A model generated the notes under the pieces. The model was not told the DNA's origin and did not search any database. It saw nothing but the letters and a program-made list of their open reading frames with translations. Shown here piece by piece: positions 52,185-64,000 of a DNA stretch of 64,000 bases. The stretch is from the NCBI RefSeq assembly GCF_000143415.4, contig NW_003314309.1, positions 1,400,572 through 1,464,571 on the forward strand, given 5' to 3'. Every line of letters begins with the position of its first letter. Positions within the stretch are counted from its first letter, which is position 1. The position numbers were made by a program, and so were the translations under genes. Source of the stretch: Selaginella moellendorffii. Taxonomy: Eukaryota > Plantae > Lycopodiophyta.

Positions 52185-54077
52185 CTAGTCGACTTGGAAG
52201 CAGTTGTTCGCCAAAAGAACATACGATGCACCGCTTCTAGGCTCCAAATCCAGTGCCTTCCTCGCAGCTCCGCCTTTCAAACCTTTCTTCTCACTTGTTT
52301 GCACCGACCCAAGCAAGCAAGCCCACTCTCGTCCATCAGGAACATAAGGCATGTTTCTGACGAGATCTTCCGCATAGCCAACGTACCCCGCACGGCCAAG
52401 CAAGTTGACCATGCAACCGTACTGCTGCTTCGTGGGATCCAGCCCGTGATCCAGCTTCATGCCCCGGAAAAAATCCCTCGCCACCTCCGCATCACCTACG
52501 TGACTGCACCCAAGAACCACGCTCGTAAACGTGATCTCGTCCGGCTCCACAGCTTCCAGTAACATCGCCTCTAGAACCTCCAGCGCTTCATCAAAATGCC
52601 CGCTGCTCGCAAATCCCGAAAGCATGCAGTTCCAAGACACCAGATTCTTCTCCGGCATCGTCTCGAAGACCCCCAACGCTCGCTCGAAACATCCTTTGTG
52701 AGCGTACGTAGAGAGCATGACGTTCCACGAGAAGCTATTCCACTCGGGCATCTGATAGAAGAGCTCCTCCACGCGCGAAGGATGCCCGTGGTGGGCATGC
52801 GCTATGAGAATGATGTTCCAGGCCACTGTGTCCACGTACGGCATCAAGGAGAACAAGCGCATGGCTTCGTCGACGTGGCCACCACTTCCGTACGCGTAGA
52901 GTATCTCCGTTAGAGTGATCCGGTCGTGCTGGGGCATTCCCTGGAACAAGCAATTGGCGAGCTCCAAATGCCCATTATGGGCATATGCGCTAAGCATTGT
53001 GTTCCACGATACCTGGTCTCTCTCTGGCATGCGATCGAAGAGCTTCTTGGCGGATGATACGTCGCCGATTCTACCAAACGACGTGATCGTAGTGGCCCAA
53101 GTGACGAGATCGCACTCCGGCATGCTCTCGAAGATCGCGATCGAGTCTTGGAATCTGGAGTGGAGCGCGTAGGCGGCGAGGAGAGCAGCGGAGGAGACGA
53201 GATCTTTCTCCGGCATTCGCTCGAAGAATCCCTGCGCGAGATCCAGGCGGTCGCTCAGCGCGTACGCGTCGATCATGGCGGCCCGGGCGATGGAGTCGTG
53301 GAGCGGCATCGAGGAGAAGATAGCTTCCGCTTCGTCGAGGCGGTGATTTCCCTGGGAGAGGGCCGAGAGGAGCGCCGTCCAGGACGCCAAATCCCACTCC
53401 GGCATGGCGTCGAAGATCATCTTTGATTCTTGGAGATTTCCAGCGGCCGAGAACGCGGCCAGCATCGCATTCCACGCGATGAGGTCTCTCATCGGCATAT
53501 CCTGGAAGAGAGCCATCGATTCTTGGAACTCCCCGACCTGCGAGCACGCGCACAGCATGCTCGTCCACGAGACGAGCGTCCGCGACGGCATCCTCCGGAA
53601 GAAATCCATGGATTCTTGAATCTCCCCGGCCTGGGAATACGCCGAGACCATCACATTCCATGCGATCTGGTCGTGCACCGGCATCGTATCGAAAGCCTTT
53701 CTCGCTCGATCGAGGCGGCCGCGCTTGGCATACGCAGCGAGCATGATCGTGCTCGCGATCATATCCCAATGCGGCATGGAATCGAGCAGATCCTGCGCTT
53801 CCTGGAGATGCCCGGCATTGGCATAGGCCGCGATGATGAAATTCCAGGAGAATCGGTCCTTGGCGGTCGTGTCGGTGAAGATCTGCCGAGCCAGGCGGAG
53901 ATTACCACACTGCGCGTGCATCTGGACGAGGAGATTGCGCATGAGCGTGCTGGATCCATGGCGCGGATCGGAGAGGACGGCAGCGTGCGCGATCTTGGCG
54001 TCGGCGAGCGTCTTGGAAGACCTAATAATCTCGATGGCGTCACTGGCGTTCTCTAGAACGCTTGCTCTAGGGCTCAT
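52185..54077 (-). CDS. PPR protein rich in short (S/SS) motifs, with E domain
   Basis: Many tandem ~31-aa MPxxDxxxWxxML repeats; YGCMVNLLGRAG; MPYVPD..W..LL. Confidence 0.95.
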   Translation of the reverse strand: MSPRASVLENASDAIEIIRSSKTLADAKIAHAAVLSDPRHGSSTLMRNLLVQMHAQCGNLRLARQIFTDTTAKDRFSWNFIIAAYANAGHLQEAQDLLDSMPHWDMIASTIMLAAYAKRGRLDRARKAFDTMPVHDQIAWNVMVSAYSQAGEIQESMDFFRRMPSRTLVSWTSMLCACSQVGEFQESMALFQDMPMRDLIAWNAMLAAFSAAGNLQESKMIFDAMPEWDLASWTALLSALSQGNHRLDEAEAIFSSMPLHDSIARAAMIDAYALSDRLDLAQGFFERMPEKDLVSSAALLAAYALHSRFQDSIAIFESMPECDLVTWATTITSFGRIGDVSSAKKLFDRMPERDQVSWNTMLSAYAHNGHLELANCLFQGMPQHDRITLTEILYAYGSGGHVDEAMRLFSLMPYVDTVAWNIILIAHAHHGHPSRVEELFYQMPEWNSFSWNVMLSTYAHKGCFERALGVFETMPEKNLVSWNCMLSGFASSGHFDEALEVLEAMLLEAVEPDEITFTSVVLGCSHVGDAEVARDFFRGMKLDHGLDPTKQQYGCMVNLLGRAGYVGYAEDLVRNMPYVPDGREWACLLGSVQTSEKKGLKGGAARKALDLEPRSGASYVLLANNCFQVD

Positions 54078-54108
54078 CCGGAAGAAAGCTCTCTACTACC
54101 CTAGAGCT

Positions 54109-55103
54109 ATGGCGCATTCTTCTGCCGAGCGATTTGTGTGCGAGATCATGTCCAAGAACGACGCGTCTCACGATTCCTCGCACGTAATCCGGGTGCGCAA
54201 TCTGGCGCTGGAGCTCGCGAAGGAGGAGGGATTGACGAGCGATTCTTCTTTGAGCGTTGTGAGTAGGAATTTGAGCTTCTTCTTTGTTCGATTACTATGC
54301 TCGATCGCATTGCTGTGACACAGATCGAATTGGCGGCGCTTCTTCACGATGTCGGTAAGAAATACTTCCTCCTTTCATCGGATCGTTTCTCTTTGTTCTT
54401 CCAGACGATCACAAGTATGTCGAGAGGTACAGTATCATCTATGCGAGAATTCCAAAATTCACCGCTGCTGGTCTCTAGCTCCGAGCAAAACCGTGCCAAG
54501 GAATTCCTGGACGACGAAGGTATTGACAACGATACGAAGCACAGGGTCCTCTCGATCATAAAATCCATGGGTTGGTTCTTCTCACTGCGAGTTTCATATA
54601 CTCATAGAAGAATAGCAGGTTTTAAGGAACAACTTGCAAATGGAGCAGTGGATCAAAGCCCGGAGCTTGCTGTCGTCCAAGACGCTGATCGACTGGATGC
54701 AATTGGAGCAATCGGTAAGAACTTTTCGCGGAAGAAAAAGAGAATGACTGATCTTCATTGTTGGCCTGTCTAGGAATTGCTCGATGCTTCACGTATGGTG
54801 GCAGCAGGAATCACATACTTCACGATGCATCGATCCTACCAGTTTTGGACGGGATGACTAAGGAGGAGTATACCAGGAAAGACCGCCGGCACACGATGAT
54901 CAACCATTTCTACGAGAAACTATTGAAGCTCAAGGATCTCATGAAGACTGAGGTAGAGACTTCTCTGGCGTGAATGCCACTCACTGACGAAGGCTTTCTC
55001 TTATTGTATCAAACAGGCTGGTCGCAAGCGGGCAGAAAAGCGGCACGAGTTTATGGAGGCATACCTGGCCGAGTTTCTCCAGGAATGGGAAGGCTTTGCG
55101 TAG
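54109..55103 (+). CDS. HD-domain metal-dependent phosphohydrolase (YpgQ/YedJ-like), multi-exon
   Basis: [61 protein letters not shown].FM. Confidence 0.92.
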
Positions 55104-55120
55104 TTTCGAAACGATCTCCG

Positions 55121-57565
55121 CTATCGGCCGGCGACCATTGTTGTAGGTACGTGAAGCTCCTCGTGTGCCTGAGATAATGCGAGTCACAGTCACAAAAATT
55201 TTGGAAATGAGAAGACTATGCAAACCTTCGACGACAAGCAAAGCTTGAGCATTCTTTTCAGTTCTTCGTTCTGCCAACGGAGAGATTGGATCTCCCGAGC
55301 TACGACGACACTGCTCTTGATGAAACAGGGGATTAGTAGCTTGGTAGAAGTGTTTTATGACTGAGCTTACCGATCCTTGAGGACGTGATTATACTTGAGC
55401 ATGGCGATGTCCAGAGCCGGCCATACGTGAACCACCTTGGGACTTATGACTTTGGCGAACTTTCTCCACTTTTCCTCCTCCTCGGTAGCTTTGATTTCTT
55501 TCTCTTTGGGCCTCTCAACCGGCGTTCTTCTTCCTCCAACTTGCAGCTTTGGGACGAGATCCTCGGCCTTGTTCTCGATCAGAAACTCCTGCAATCTCGG
55601 AATAACAGTCTCCTTCTGTATCATCCTCCCTGCCGCAGTCGTCACGAATTTCCTGAGCTTGTCCAGAGTTATTCCACTTGATATGCCCAGTGCCTGGAGG
55701 ATCGCAATGCTCCTCACGAAGCTCTGGTCGTCCATCTCAAGGCCCGCGTCTAGCTTCTGGGCTTCCTCGTCCAGGATAAACGCGAGCTCGCTACACAGCA
55801 TATCCAGCATTGGTTTATCGACTGCGAGAGTTATGCTCTCGGCGAGACCAGCCTCAGGGGTACTCGGCATGTTTGCACTGTCACTCTCAGCCTCCACCGG
55901 GCCTGGAGAAGCCAAGTCTATGAAGAGCTGAGGATCGGGAGGATGCCACTTCCACCCAAGGTGCTGCTCATGAATATATTGGTCAGCCTGTTTGCAAAAG
56001 AAAGTGAGTTACTCCCAAAAGCTGTGATGAAACTGTGATGAATTTGAGTACCTGGAGAACTTTGCTGACGAGAACTGCCAGGCAGTGTTGATGCATCGCA
56101 TAAAACTTGAGAAACTGGTACTCGTGCCCGGCCGTGAGCTCCTGTTCTTTGCTCTGCAAGTCTTGCAGCAGCTTGGTCACTCGAGCGTAATCGTCCGCAA
56201 GCTTCGCGTTCTGCCACTTAAACTTGCGCTCCAGCTCCGCGTGCTTGGTTTTCAAGTTGGTCTGGATGTCTCTCAGTTTCGTCAGCTTGCGTTTCTGCTG
56301 GCCTGCCGTCACGTAGTTGTCGTTCTCGCGCTCGATCAGAACGCGATAGTTGTAGTCGAGCTTCTCGGTGTTCATCTGATATGCTGCCTGCATCGACTCG
56401 AGGTGCTGCTCCAGAATCTGGACGTCCGTCTCGAGCTTCACTTTCAGAAGGTTGTAATCCTCCGAGTCCTGGAGTCGAGTTTCATCCAGCGCGGCCGAGT
56501 ACTCGTCCCCCCGAGCGTACAAGCTCTCCTGAAACTGCGCTTCCATGGCTCGCATCTTTTTTATCAAGCCTTCTATCTCTGCCTTTTTGCTGCAAACGAA
56601 GCCAACGTTCTTTCACTTGGTCAGTAAAAGTCGAAAGCTCTTTTACCTTTGGATGAGCTCCCAACGCTGCACAAGAAATGCGCTCTCGATCTCGTGAAAC
56701 TCCTTGATATAAGCTGCTGTGAGATTGACAACCTGCTTTCCCATGGCAAGCACCAGCATATCGACGTCTTTGGTTTGTTGGATACACGCAAGGTTGTATT
56801 CTTCTGTCTTGAGCAATAGGACTTCTTTGATCTTCTCGGCAAGTTTATCTTTAGTTTCAAGTACTTGGTTGCAAGCCTGCACTAATCAGATAAACTCCAG
56901 AGAGGAAAAGGTTTGAAGTTGAAGATTTTACAGACCTTTCGTTGATTTTCCAGCTGCTCAGCGATTTGCTGAGGAACCTCGAGCGCACGTATGGCATCCC
57001 ACCTTGCAGCTAATACTTGATTTTGCTGCTCACACGACATTTCAACCTCTTCTTGCGCTTGGCGAAGTTCCTACGATGTTGAACTACAGTTGAGTGGTTT
57101 TTCATCCATCTAATAAAAGAGCTAAAAAAATCTAACCTGCAATCTCTGACGATCGCATTCCTGATGATTGCACTGCTCATCATCCACTGATCCCCGGATG
57201 TGATTTAAGTCGTTCGCCAAGTTTTTCTGCAAGCTTGTGTACGCAGCTTCAAAGGTAAGAAAGATCAAAGCCAAGAAGCTACCTTCAAGAATGAGAGATT
57301 TTGCAAGCTCGATGAGAGTTGCATGAGAGCCGGGCCGGCTTCTTTCTCATCCGTATGTGTCTTGGGCCCTGGAAAACTTTTGCATTCCAAATAATGCTAA
57401 GAGATCAAGGAAATGCTCACGCTGTGTCGCTTGGCTCGACTGCAGGGCGAGCAGCCTATTTGCAATGCGCTGCCTCCGCGCTGAGATTCTAGCCTCGCGA
57501 TTCGCTTGCGCGGCCTTCTGCTCGGCTGCCAAAGCGGCTACCGAATTCATCGCGGGGAGAGTCAT
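55121..57565 (-). CDS. DRC1: Dynein regulatory complex subunit 1 (CCDC164-like), multi-exon
   Basis: REARISARRQRI, LKVKLETDVQILEQHLESMQAAYQMNTEKLDYNYRVL, W.AL..AMLKYNHVLKDR...QNEELKRML..EELHVP. Confidence 0.88.
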
Positions 57566-58095
57566 CACCAAAGCCCTAACCCTAGAAATTTATTTTTTGA
57601 AAGTTGGCAATTTCCTTTATAGACATTTTAATATTAATTGAATTCAGCGATAATATAATAAATAGGTTTGAATAAAACACTAGAAATAATTTATTCCTTT
57701 GTAAATTTAAATTAAGCATTCATCTGAAAATTTATATTTATGAAGCAAACACCTTAAGTATTAAATCATTTGCCAAAAGTACTAAAGTCGAAGGTTCAAC
57801 CTACATTGTCTAAGGACAATGGACAAACACTAAAGCCGTTAGAGTTGTTGACGAGAGTGTCCTTGAGAAGCTAAAACATTTCTCATTACACACAATTGTA
57901 GCGATTGCCTCAGCTCTTTATGAATTTCTTTTTTACTTCAAGTTGATCAAAGATTGCACTAGAAAGATAATGAAAAATGAGGGTTTTTAAGAATCACAGG
58001 CGAAATCAAGAATGTCGTTGATTTATACAATTTTATACTTGTCAAAATGCGCTCAAATTTTGTACAGTCGCTGTAAAATGTTTTCCAGGACTAAA

Positions 58096-59536
58096 TTACT
58101 GAAAACAAGAGCCAAAAAGCTCTTTGATGTCCACCTTCCACTCCCAATCGTCGTCCTCGACACAGAAACCAACCTAAGAAAAGGCAAATGAAGAACAAAG
58201 CAAAACAAAGCATGTTAACAAAACCTCTGGCATTTCCCGGGCAACTGCTGGGGCTGTGGGAGGAATCAAACCGCGAAGTTGAAGGCGCCTCCGTGCACGT
58301 AGTTTAAAAACATCCTGCAAGGTAGAACAAAAAACACTAATACAAAGACAAACGCAAACAAAATTATTACCATGGGTGTGGATGAAGAAGCTCCATGAGC
58401 GTGAGCAGCAGCCGGAGGAGGCGATAGCACTGGCTCAGCTGGGAGGAGAGCAGCAGCTGGGAGGACAGGAGCTAGATCAGCCGGGAGAGGAGGCTGTAGT
58501 GCTGCCGGATCTGCATCAGTCTCTGGAGCGTGTGGAGCAGTCTCTGGGGTATGTGGAGCTTCATCAAGTGGAACAGCTTCGCCCTTTAGAAACCTTGGTC
58601 GTTTCCTCTTTTGCTCGTCGCATTCCAACTCTGGTGGCACAGGAGCGGCAGGCTCGATCTCTGGAGGTGGCACTGGAGCGGCAGGAGGAGGCGCTGGCAG
58701 CACTAGAGCGACAAGATCCTGTAGAGGCGTAACTGATCAGAAGCTCTGTGAGAAGGATTTCTTACATTAAGGCGCTCCTCCTCGTCATCGCATTCCATCA
58801 CTGGTGGCACTGGAGCGGCAGGAGGAGGCGCTGGCAGCACTAGAGCGCCAGGATCCTGTAGAAGCGTAACTGATCAGAAGCTCTGTGAGAAGGATTTCTT
58901 ACATTAAGGCGCTCCTCCTCGTCATCGCATTCCATCACTGGTGGCACTGGAGCGGCAGGGTCCAGTGGCGCTGGCAGGGCTAGAGCGGCAGGGTCCTGTA
59001 GAGGAGTGAACTGATCATGAGCTCCGCAAGAAGGATTCTTACCTTAAAGCGCTCCTCGCATTCCATCTCTGGTAGTGCTGGAGTGGCAGGGTCCATCCCT
59101 GGAAGTGGCGCTGGTAGCGCGAGAGCGGCAAGGTCCTGTACAGGCGTGAATTGAAGGAGCTCCGCAAGAAGGATTCTTACCTTAAAGCGCTCCTCGCATT
59201 CCATCTCTGGTAGCGCTGGAGTGGCAGGGTCCATCCCTGGAAGTGGCGCTGGTAGCGCGAGAGCGGCAAGGTCCTGTACAGGCGTGAACTGAAGGAGCTC
59301 CGCAAGAAGGATTCTTACCTCAAAGCGCTCCTCGCATTTCATCTCTGGTATTGCTGGAGCGGCAGATTCCATCCCTGGTCGCGGCGCTGGCGGAGCTGGA
59401 GCCATCCTTGGCAGCGGCGCTGGCGGCGCTGGAGCGGCACGATCCTGTAGACGCGAGACTGATCAGGAGCTGCGCGAGAAAGATTTCTTACCTTAAGGCG
59501 CTCGCCGTCGCCGTCGCCGTCGCCCCCCATCCCCAT
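58096..59536 (-). CDS. Orphan proline-rich protein built of repeated exon+intron modules (predicted 9 exons)
   Basis: ATG at 59536; six homologous GTAAGAA...TACAG introns; exons ending MECEERF(K/E) or MECDDEEERLN; KRKRPR; terminal exons DVFKLRARRRLQLRG and VGFCVEDDDWEWKVDIKELFGSCFQ*. Confidence 0.6.
58720..59500. repeat. Tandem repeat with mostly 137-138-bp units
   Basis: gga(t)ttcttac anchors at 58755, 58892, 59033, 59171, 59309 and a related one at ~59482. Confidence 0.92.
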
Positions 59537-60571
59537 TTCTAGGGTTCTTCGTTACAACGGCTAGTTTTAAGATTTTGGGGAGCTTCTACAACACGCTCCC
59601 CCTGTTAGAAAACATCCCCCGTAATTAAGCAAAATGAGAAAGCTATATTACATATAAACGCAAAGAAACTACGCCATCGTCTCCATCTCCTGGCTCCTCT
59701 TCTGCGAAGCCCACTTCCATGGCGTTGCCTTCTTGGATCGAGATGGATTCCAGCTTCGCCGCCGTCCCGGCCTTGGCGTTCTCTCCAATCTCTGGGGTCT
59801 TGCAACAGAGGAGCGTCAGAACAAGCTCATTAAACAGTGCGTTCTCTCTTCTTTCTTACAATAAAGGTTTCAACACCATTAGAAAAGAAGAAGATAGCTA
59901 CTTTGAACATCCTCGCTGCAATATCCCCACCATTGCACCAAAACAAAAGGGAAAGAAACAGAAAATGAATGCAGACAGGAGGTCTTTAGGAAGAGGATCC
60001 TACGTAGCAGCATTGAGGCTCTTGCTCAGGCGGACACAAAGCCAATGCCTTTGCTCTTGTTTGCCCTCACACAAGAGAATGGCCTATATGTCCCTGTAAA
60101 GAAAGCATCATCCACGGGATGGAGAACTTCGGCAAATCGAGTATACATTAACGTCGTCACTTGGTGCTTGCAAGGAGTAATGAGGCCCGCCCTTGAGGTT
60201 GGAATACAACGCGTTCGCGGCCTTTTGATGTCAAAAAAACGAACGGGGACCACTTACGAGAAGTTTGCTGCTCCACTTCCTGTGCTTCGTTGTAAATTTC
60301 TCGGCTTGTGCGTGAGGCAATGGCAATGCATTGGACAGACCAGATGCATTTCTGTTCCACGAAGGAAAGAAAGAAAATAAAGCAAAAAACAGAAGACTTA
60401 GTACCAGATGACCCATACATCTGGACTGAATGGAGTGATGCGCATTCACCATGAATACTTGGAGAGAATAGATACTATCACTGTTTTAGGCTTGTTAATA
60501 TCTGGAGAACATAGATTTCAGAAAAAAGAGTGTACCAGTGAACCAGATTTTTACAGAAGTCGTTGGAAGCA

Positions 60572-61080
60572 TTGCGCTCATGTTCCCGTTTGAAGAAGCT
60601 CTAAATTGGACTTCGACTTCGGTTCTCTGCAAAGAAAAAGACCATCAGAATCGTTGAAATCCATTGGTATACAAGCAAGGAAACCTCGGCCTTTTCACAA
60701 GATGGGGTATGTACTGAGCACTAGGAATCGTTTCACAGCCCAAAAGATTATGTCGCTGCAAGCCTCTAATGTCTCTCGATATCATTGACCAGTTCCAAAG
60801 GTTGGAGGAAGAATGTAAGAACACTCTCAATCTCAATAGAAATCCGGATCCAGATGGGAGCCGCAGTGAAAGATTTGGAAGATCAGGCTGAGCGAACTCC
60901 ATGTGGTATACTTCAAGAAGAAGAAAAATACTCAGCTCTCTATGGAGCCAGAGAGCTGGATAATCCCACCACCATGTTCATATGGTCCTCCCACTCACTC
61001 CCAGTTTATAGATCACCCTGATCTCCAAAGTCTATAATATTGTAGCAACCAGGCAAAACAAATATCTTTGAAAACTTTAA
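60572..61080 (+). repeat. Left arm of a long imperfect inverted repeat
   Basis: ctaaattggacttcgacttcggttctctgcaaag; cccaccaccatgttcatatggt..cactcccagtttata; aatatctttgaaaactttaa. Confidence 0.85.
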
Positions 61081-61142
61081 CTTCGTACCTTTTGTTAGTT
61101 TGCATTAAAGCGGCTTAACCCTTAGGGGAAAAGAAAAGGGTT

Positions 61143-62138
61143 ATGGCATCGCGCAAGAGGGCGTGGGCAGGGATGTCCGGCCTTATGCCGGAGCTAGTCA
61201 GGGAGATCCTTCGCAGGCTCCCTTTCTCAGGTGTTCTAAGGGCAAGATGTGTGTGCCAGGTGTGGAGATCTGTGGTGGATGCACCCAGCTTCCGGAGCTC
61301 GTACAGGGACAGTGCCAAACTCTTCCTAGATAGCAATTCGATCCAGGACAGCAGCGGCGTGATGTTGCGATGGGCGCCGCAGCACTTTGAAAACGTGGAG
61401 AGGGATGTCCCCGACCCCGACTGGCTGTGCGCAGTGTCCCAGGACAAGCGCCTCGTCCTGGCGCGCTCCTCGCAGGAAAGGAGGCTCTTCGTCGGGAGTC
61501 CCTTCGTGGGCAAGTGGGAGGAGATCCCCTACCTGCGATTTGGGGACATGTCCAGGGTCTGCCTCTTTGCTGCCGCTTCGATTTCTCCTCCCGGGGATTA
61601 CAAGGTTGTGGTGTGGTTCTCGGATGGCACGCTCTACACCTTCGTTCGCGGGCAGGTGGCGTGGATTCCTGCCAAAGGGGACGTCGCCCCTGGATCGATC
61701 CCGGTGCTGCTAGATGGTGTAGTGTATTGTACTGCTTCGCGCGATCAAAAGTGGCTCCTCCAGTATGACTTGACACGCAACAAGTTTTTCTATTCGCATC
61801 TCTATGATAAAGTTGGTGATGGTGTCTGCGTTGCTGCATGGGCCAACAAACTCTACGTGCTCGTGCTGAATGCAGAGAAGAAAGGTAGAGTGGAGGTTTG
61901 GGAAGTTCATATTGAAGTAAAAGAAATCTGGACTGAATTTTTGAGTGAGTATGTTGTGGGTTTGGAGGCTGGGGAATTTAGATTTACTGGGCAAATTGAG
62001 AGTGTTCTCAACTTTTCTTGCTCTTGCAAAGGAGGTAAGAAGAGCAAGGTTTGCTTTTCGTATGATGTGAATTCAAAGACTTGGACTAGACAAGGGTTTA
62101 CTTGCTCAATAGCTGTGCCAATACAACTTGTTTACTGA
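61143..62138 (+). CDS. F-box protein with a probable beta-propeller C-terminus, intronless
   Basis: LMPELVREILRRLPFSGVLRARCVCQVWRSVV; LFVGSPFVGKWEEIP; YKVVV; VLLDGVVY. Confidence 0.9.
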   Translation: MASRKRAWAGMSGLMPELVREILRRLPFSGVLRARCVCQVWRSVVDAPSFRSSYRDSAKLFLDSNSIQDSSGVMLRWAPQHFENVERDVPDPDWLCAVSQDKRLVLARSSQERRLFVGSPFVGKWEEIPYLRFGDMSRVCLFAAASISPPGDYKVVVWFSDGTLYTFVRGQVAWIPAKGDVAPGSIPVLLDGVVYCTASRDQKWLLQYDLTRNKFFYSHLYDKVGDGVCVAAWANKLYVLVLNAEKKGRVEVWEVHIEVKEIWTEFLSEYVVGLEAGEFRFTGQIESVLNFSCSCKGGKKSKVCFSYDVNSKTWTRQGFTCSIAVPIQLVY

Positions 62139-62697
62139 GCTTTTTAAATTTATATAAACGGTCTATGAGATGAAATGAACTAAAATTTTAATGAAAAGGA
62201 ATATTTTCATTTAAACTGATAATCCAATCCTCCCTGATAACCTCTTAGGTTATACAAATTGAATGTCCAAACTGCAAACGCTCTTGCTAGGTAAATGTCA
62301 ATCCTCATGGGTCTTTTTGCGATGGGATTGTACTTGTGTGGGGCTAGTAGAGTGTCTTTCCACAGAAGTACATGACTGTCTTTGATTTATACCACATGCA
62401 ACAAAATCAAGCAGTGTAATTCCTTATAATTGTATCAACAATTGCTGGGCTAAAAAAGGACATGGATCTGTTCATCCAGGTTAGAGCTGATTGAGTTATG
62501 GCTTACATGAGAGTAGTGATACTTAACATTTTATATAAAACCTTTGTTACAAATGAATTAAGAAAAAGTTCAAGATGAAGGAATCTCCTAAAATATGTTT
62601 GGATATTTTAGCTATAGTGGATAAGTAATTTCCTGTGTTTTTAGGGCTAGCACCAGGTTACAAATATCCGTATGCTATAGCCCTATTATTTTCTTCA

Positions 62698-63259
62698 TTA
62701 AAGTTTTCAAAGATATTCTAAACTACCATAAAGTTTTTTGTATGATCGCTATAGACATATTATAGACTTTATTCAGAGTGACCTATAAACTGGGAGTGGG
62801 AGTGGGCAAACCATATGAACATTGTGGTGGGAGTATTCATAGACTTTAGTTTCAAGCACCCTAGACGAAAAAGAGGAAGATTAATTAGCACAACTGCATT
62901 GCTNNNNNNNNNNNNNNNNNNNNNNNNNNNNNNNNNNNNNNNNNNNNNNNNNNNNNNNNNNNNNNNNNNNNNNNNNNNNNNNNNNNNNNNNNNNNNNNNN
63001 NNNNNNNNNNNNNNNNNNNNNNNNNNNNNNNNNNNNNNNNNNNNNNNNNNNNNNNNNNNNNTGGCTGTCAAATGATTCCTTGTGCTCAATATATACTCCA
63101 TCTGGTCTAATGTAAGGTACTGAGATATCCTCATATGAAAATGCTAAGGTTCCCTGCTTTGTTACCCAATGGATTTCAAGAAATTGCCTTTGTAGAGAAC
63201 CAAAGTCGAAGTCCAATTTAGAGTTTCTTTAAGGTGCACAAATAGGAACATGAGTGCAA
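62698..63259 (-). repeat. Right arm of the inverted repeat (contains N gap 62904-63061)
   Basis: Reverse complements of the left-arm blocks at 62698-62717, 62773-62832 and 63189-63259. Confidence 0.85.
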
Positions 63260-64000
63260 ACAACTTTGGCCATTAAATAAGGGGATAAAGCCAAACTCCG
63301 GAATGTATGTTATTAAGGGATTAATGTTTAATATATGAAGAAGTTAATGTAAGACAAAGATAAGAGTGCAAAAAATCCTTGAGGTCACGAGTTGAAGAGT
63401 TGAGCTCACAAGTTTAGCAATTTACAAACACTATAAATTTAGAAAATTAAGGTATATGGCAAAAAAAATTATATTATATTTTTCTAACTCTTTGTACTTT
63501 ATATAAATAAAAATGTTTTAGAAGACACTTCATATTCAAGAGTTTAAATATTTACTACATGCCATAATAGATAGGTTTGTCAAAACATAAAATAAGATAA
63601 GATTTGTTTGTAAAAATATTAAAATTATGACTTCTTTAAAATCATTACTATATTTCTTGGTCAGAATTTAAAATTATTAAATTTTAACTCAGATTCTTTT
63701 GTAAGGTCATGTAATTGTTTAAAAGGTAAAAGCAACCATTGAATAAATTTGTTGCATATAAAAGATAGGTATCATTCTTCTATAGAATATATTTTTGAGG
63801 GGTTTACTTGTTTAGAATTTATGGATATTTAATCACACTTTTATTCAAAGAGAGGAAACTACACATAAATATATATAATTTTTAATGTTGGTAAGTTTCA
63901 ACTCTTGCAATTTTTTTTCTTATGGTAGTAATTCAAGGGCTAGGGGTTGCAATAACTATCTCATTGCATATCACAATCAAGCCACACAAGAGAAAAAAAG

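Noticed and set aside
59600-60570. Possible minus-strand exons (e.g. CKTPEIGENAKAG...EEEPGDGDDG)
   Set aside because: Could be a gene remnant, but I could not assemble an open spliced model or assign homology.

Overview
Gene-dense land-plant nuclear DNA with very short (~45-90 nt) introns, PLS/E-type PPR genes and flagellar genes (IFT20, DRC1). This suggests a flagellate-sperm plant, most likely the lycophyte Selaginella (inference, not checked by search). The first ~12.5 kb is repeat-derived. 1-6.2 kb is a decayed element carrying a possible ParB-like ORF, an acidic region, an FCP1/NIF-type HAD domain and about 11 copies of a 22-bp palindrome (ATGGCRTG-N6-CAYGCCAT). It is followed by a decayed minus-strand LTR retroelement with a tRNA-iMet PBS. 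From 13.5 kb the genes are P5CS, VPS51, a tandem array of fungal-type BBE-like FAD oxidases (1 pseudogene + 2 intact), a PPR gene, a microbial-type hemerythrin, a gene-fragment graveyard (Lhca3 remnant and an alpha-tubulin scrambled by two internal inversions), a PPR gene, TENA_E, IFT20, BioF (C-terminal SKL), two non-catalytic TAXI/XEGIP-like proteins, NF-YB, a group IIb WRKY with a W-box-rich upstream region, a purple acid phosphatase, a PPR gene, an HD-domain protein and DRC1. The window ends with an orphan gene built from tandemly duplicated exon+intron modules and an F-box gene flanked by ~500-bp inverted repeats. Exon boundaries were read by eye, and no database search was run.
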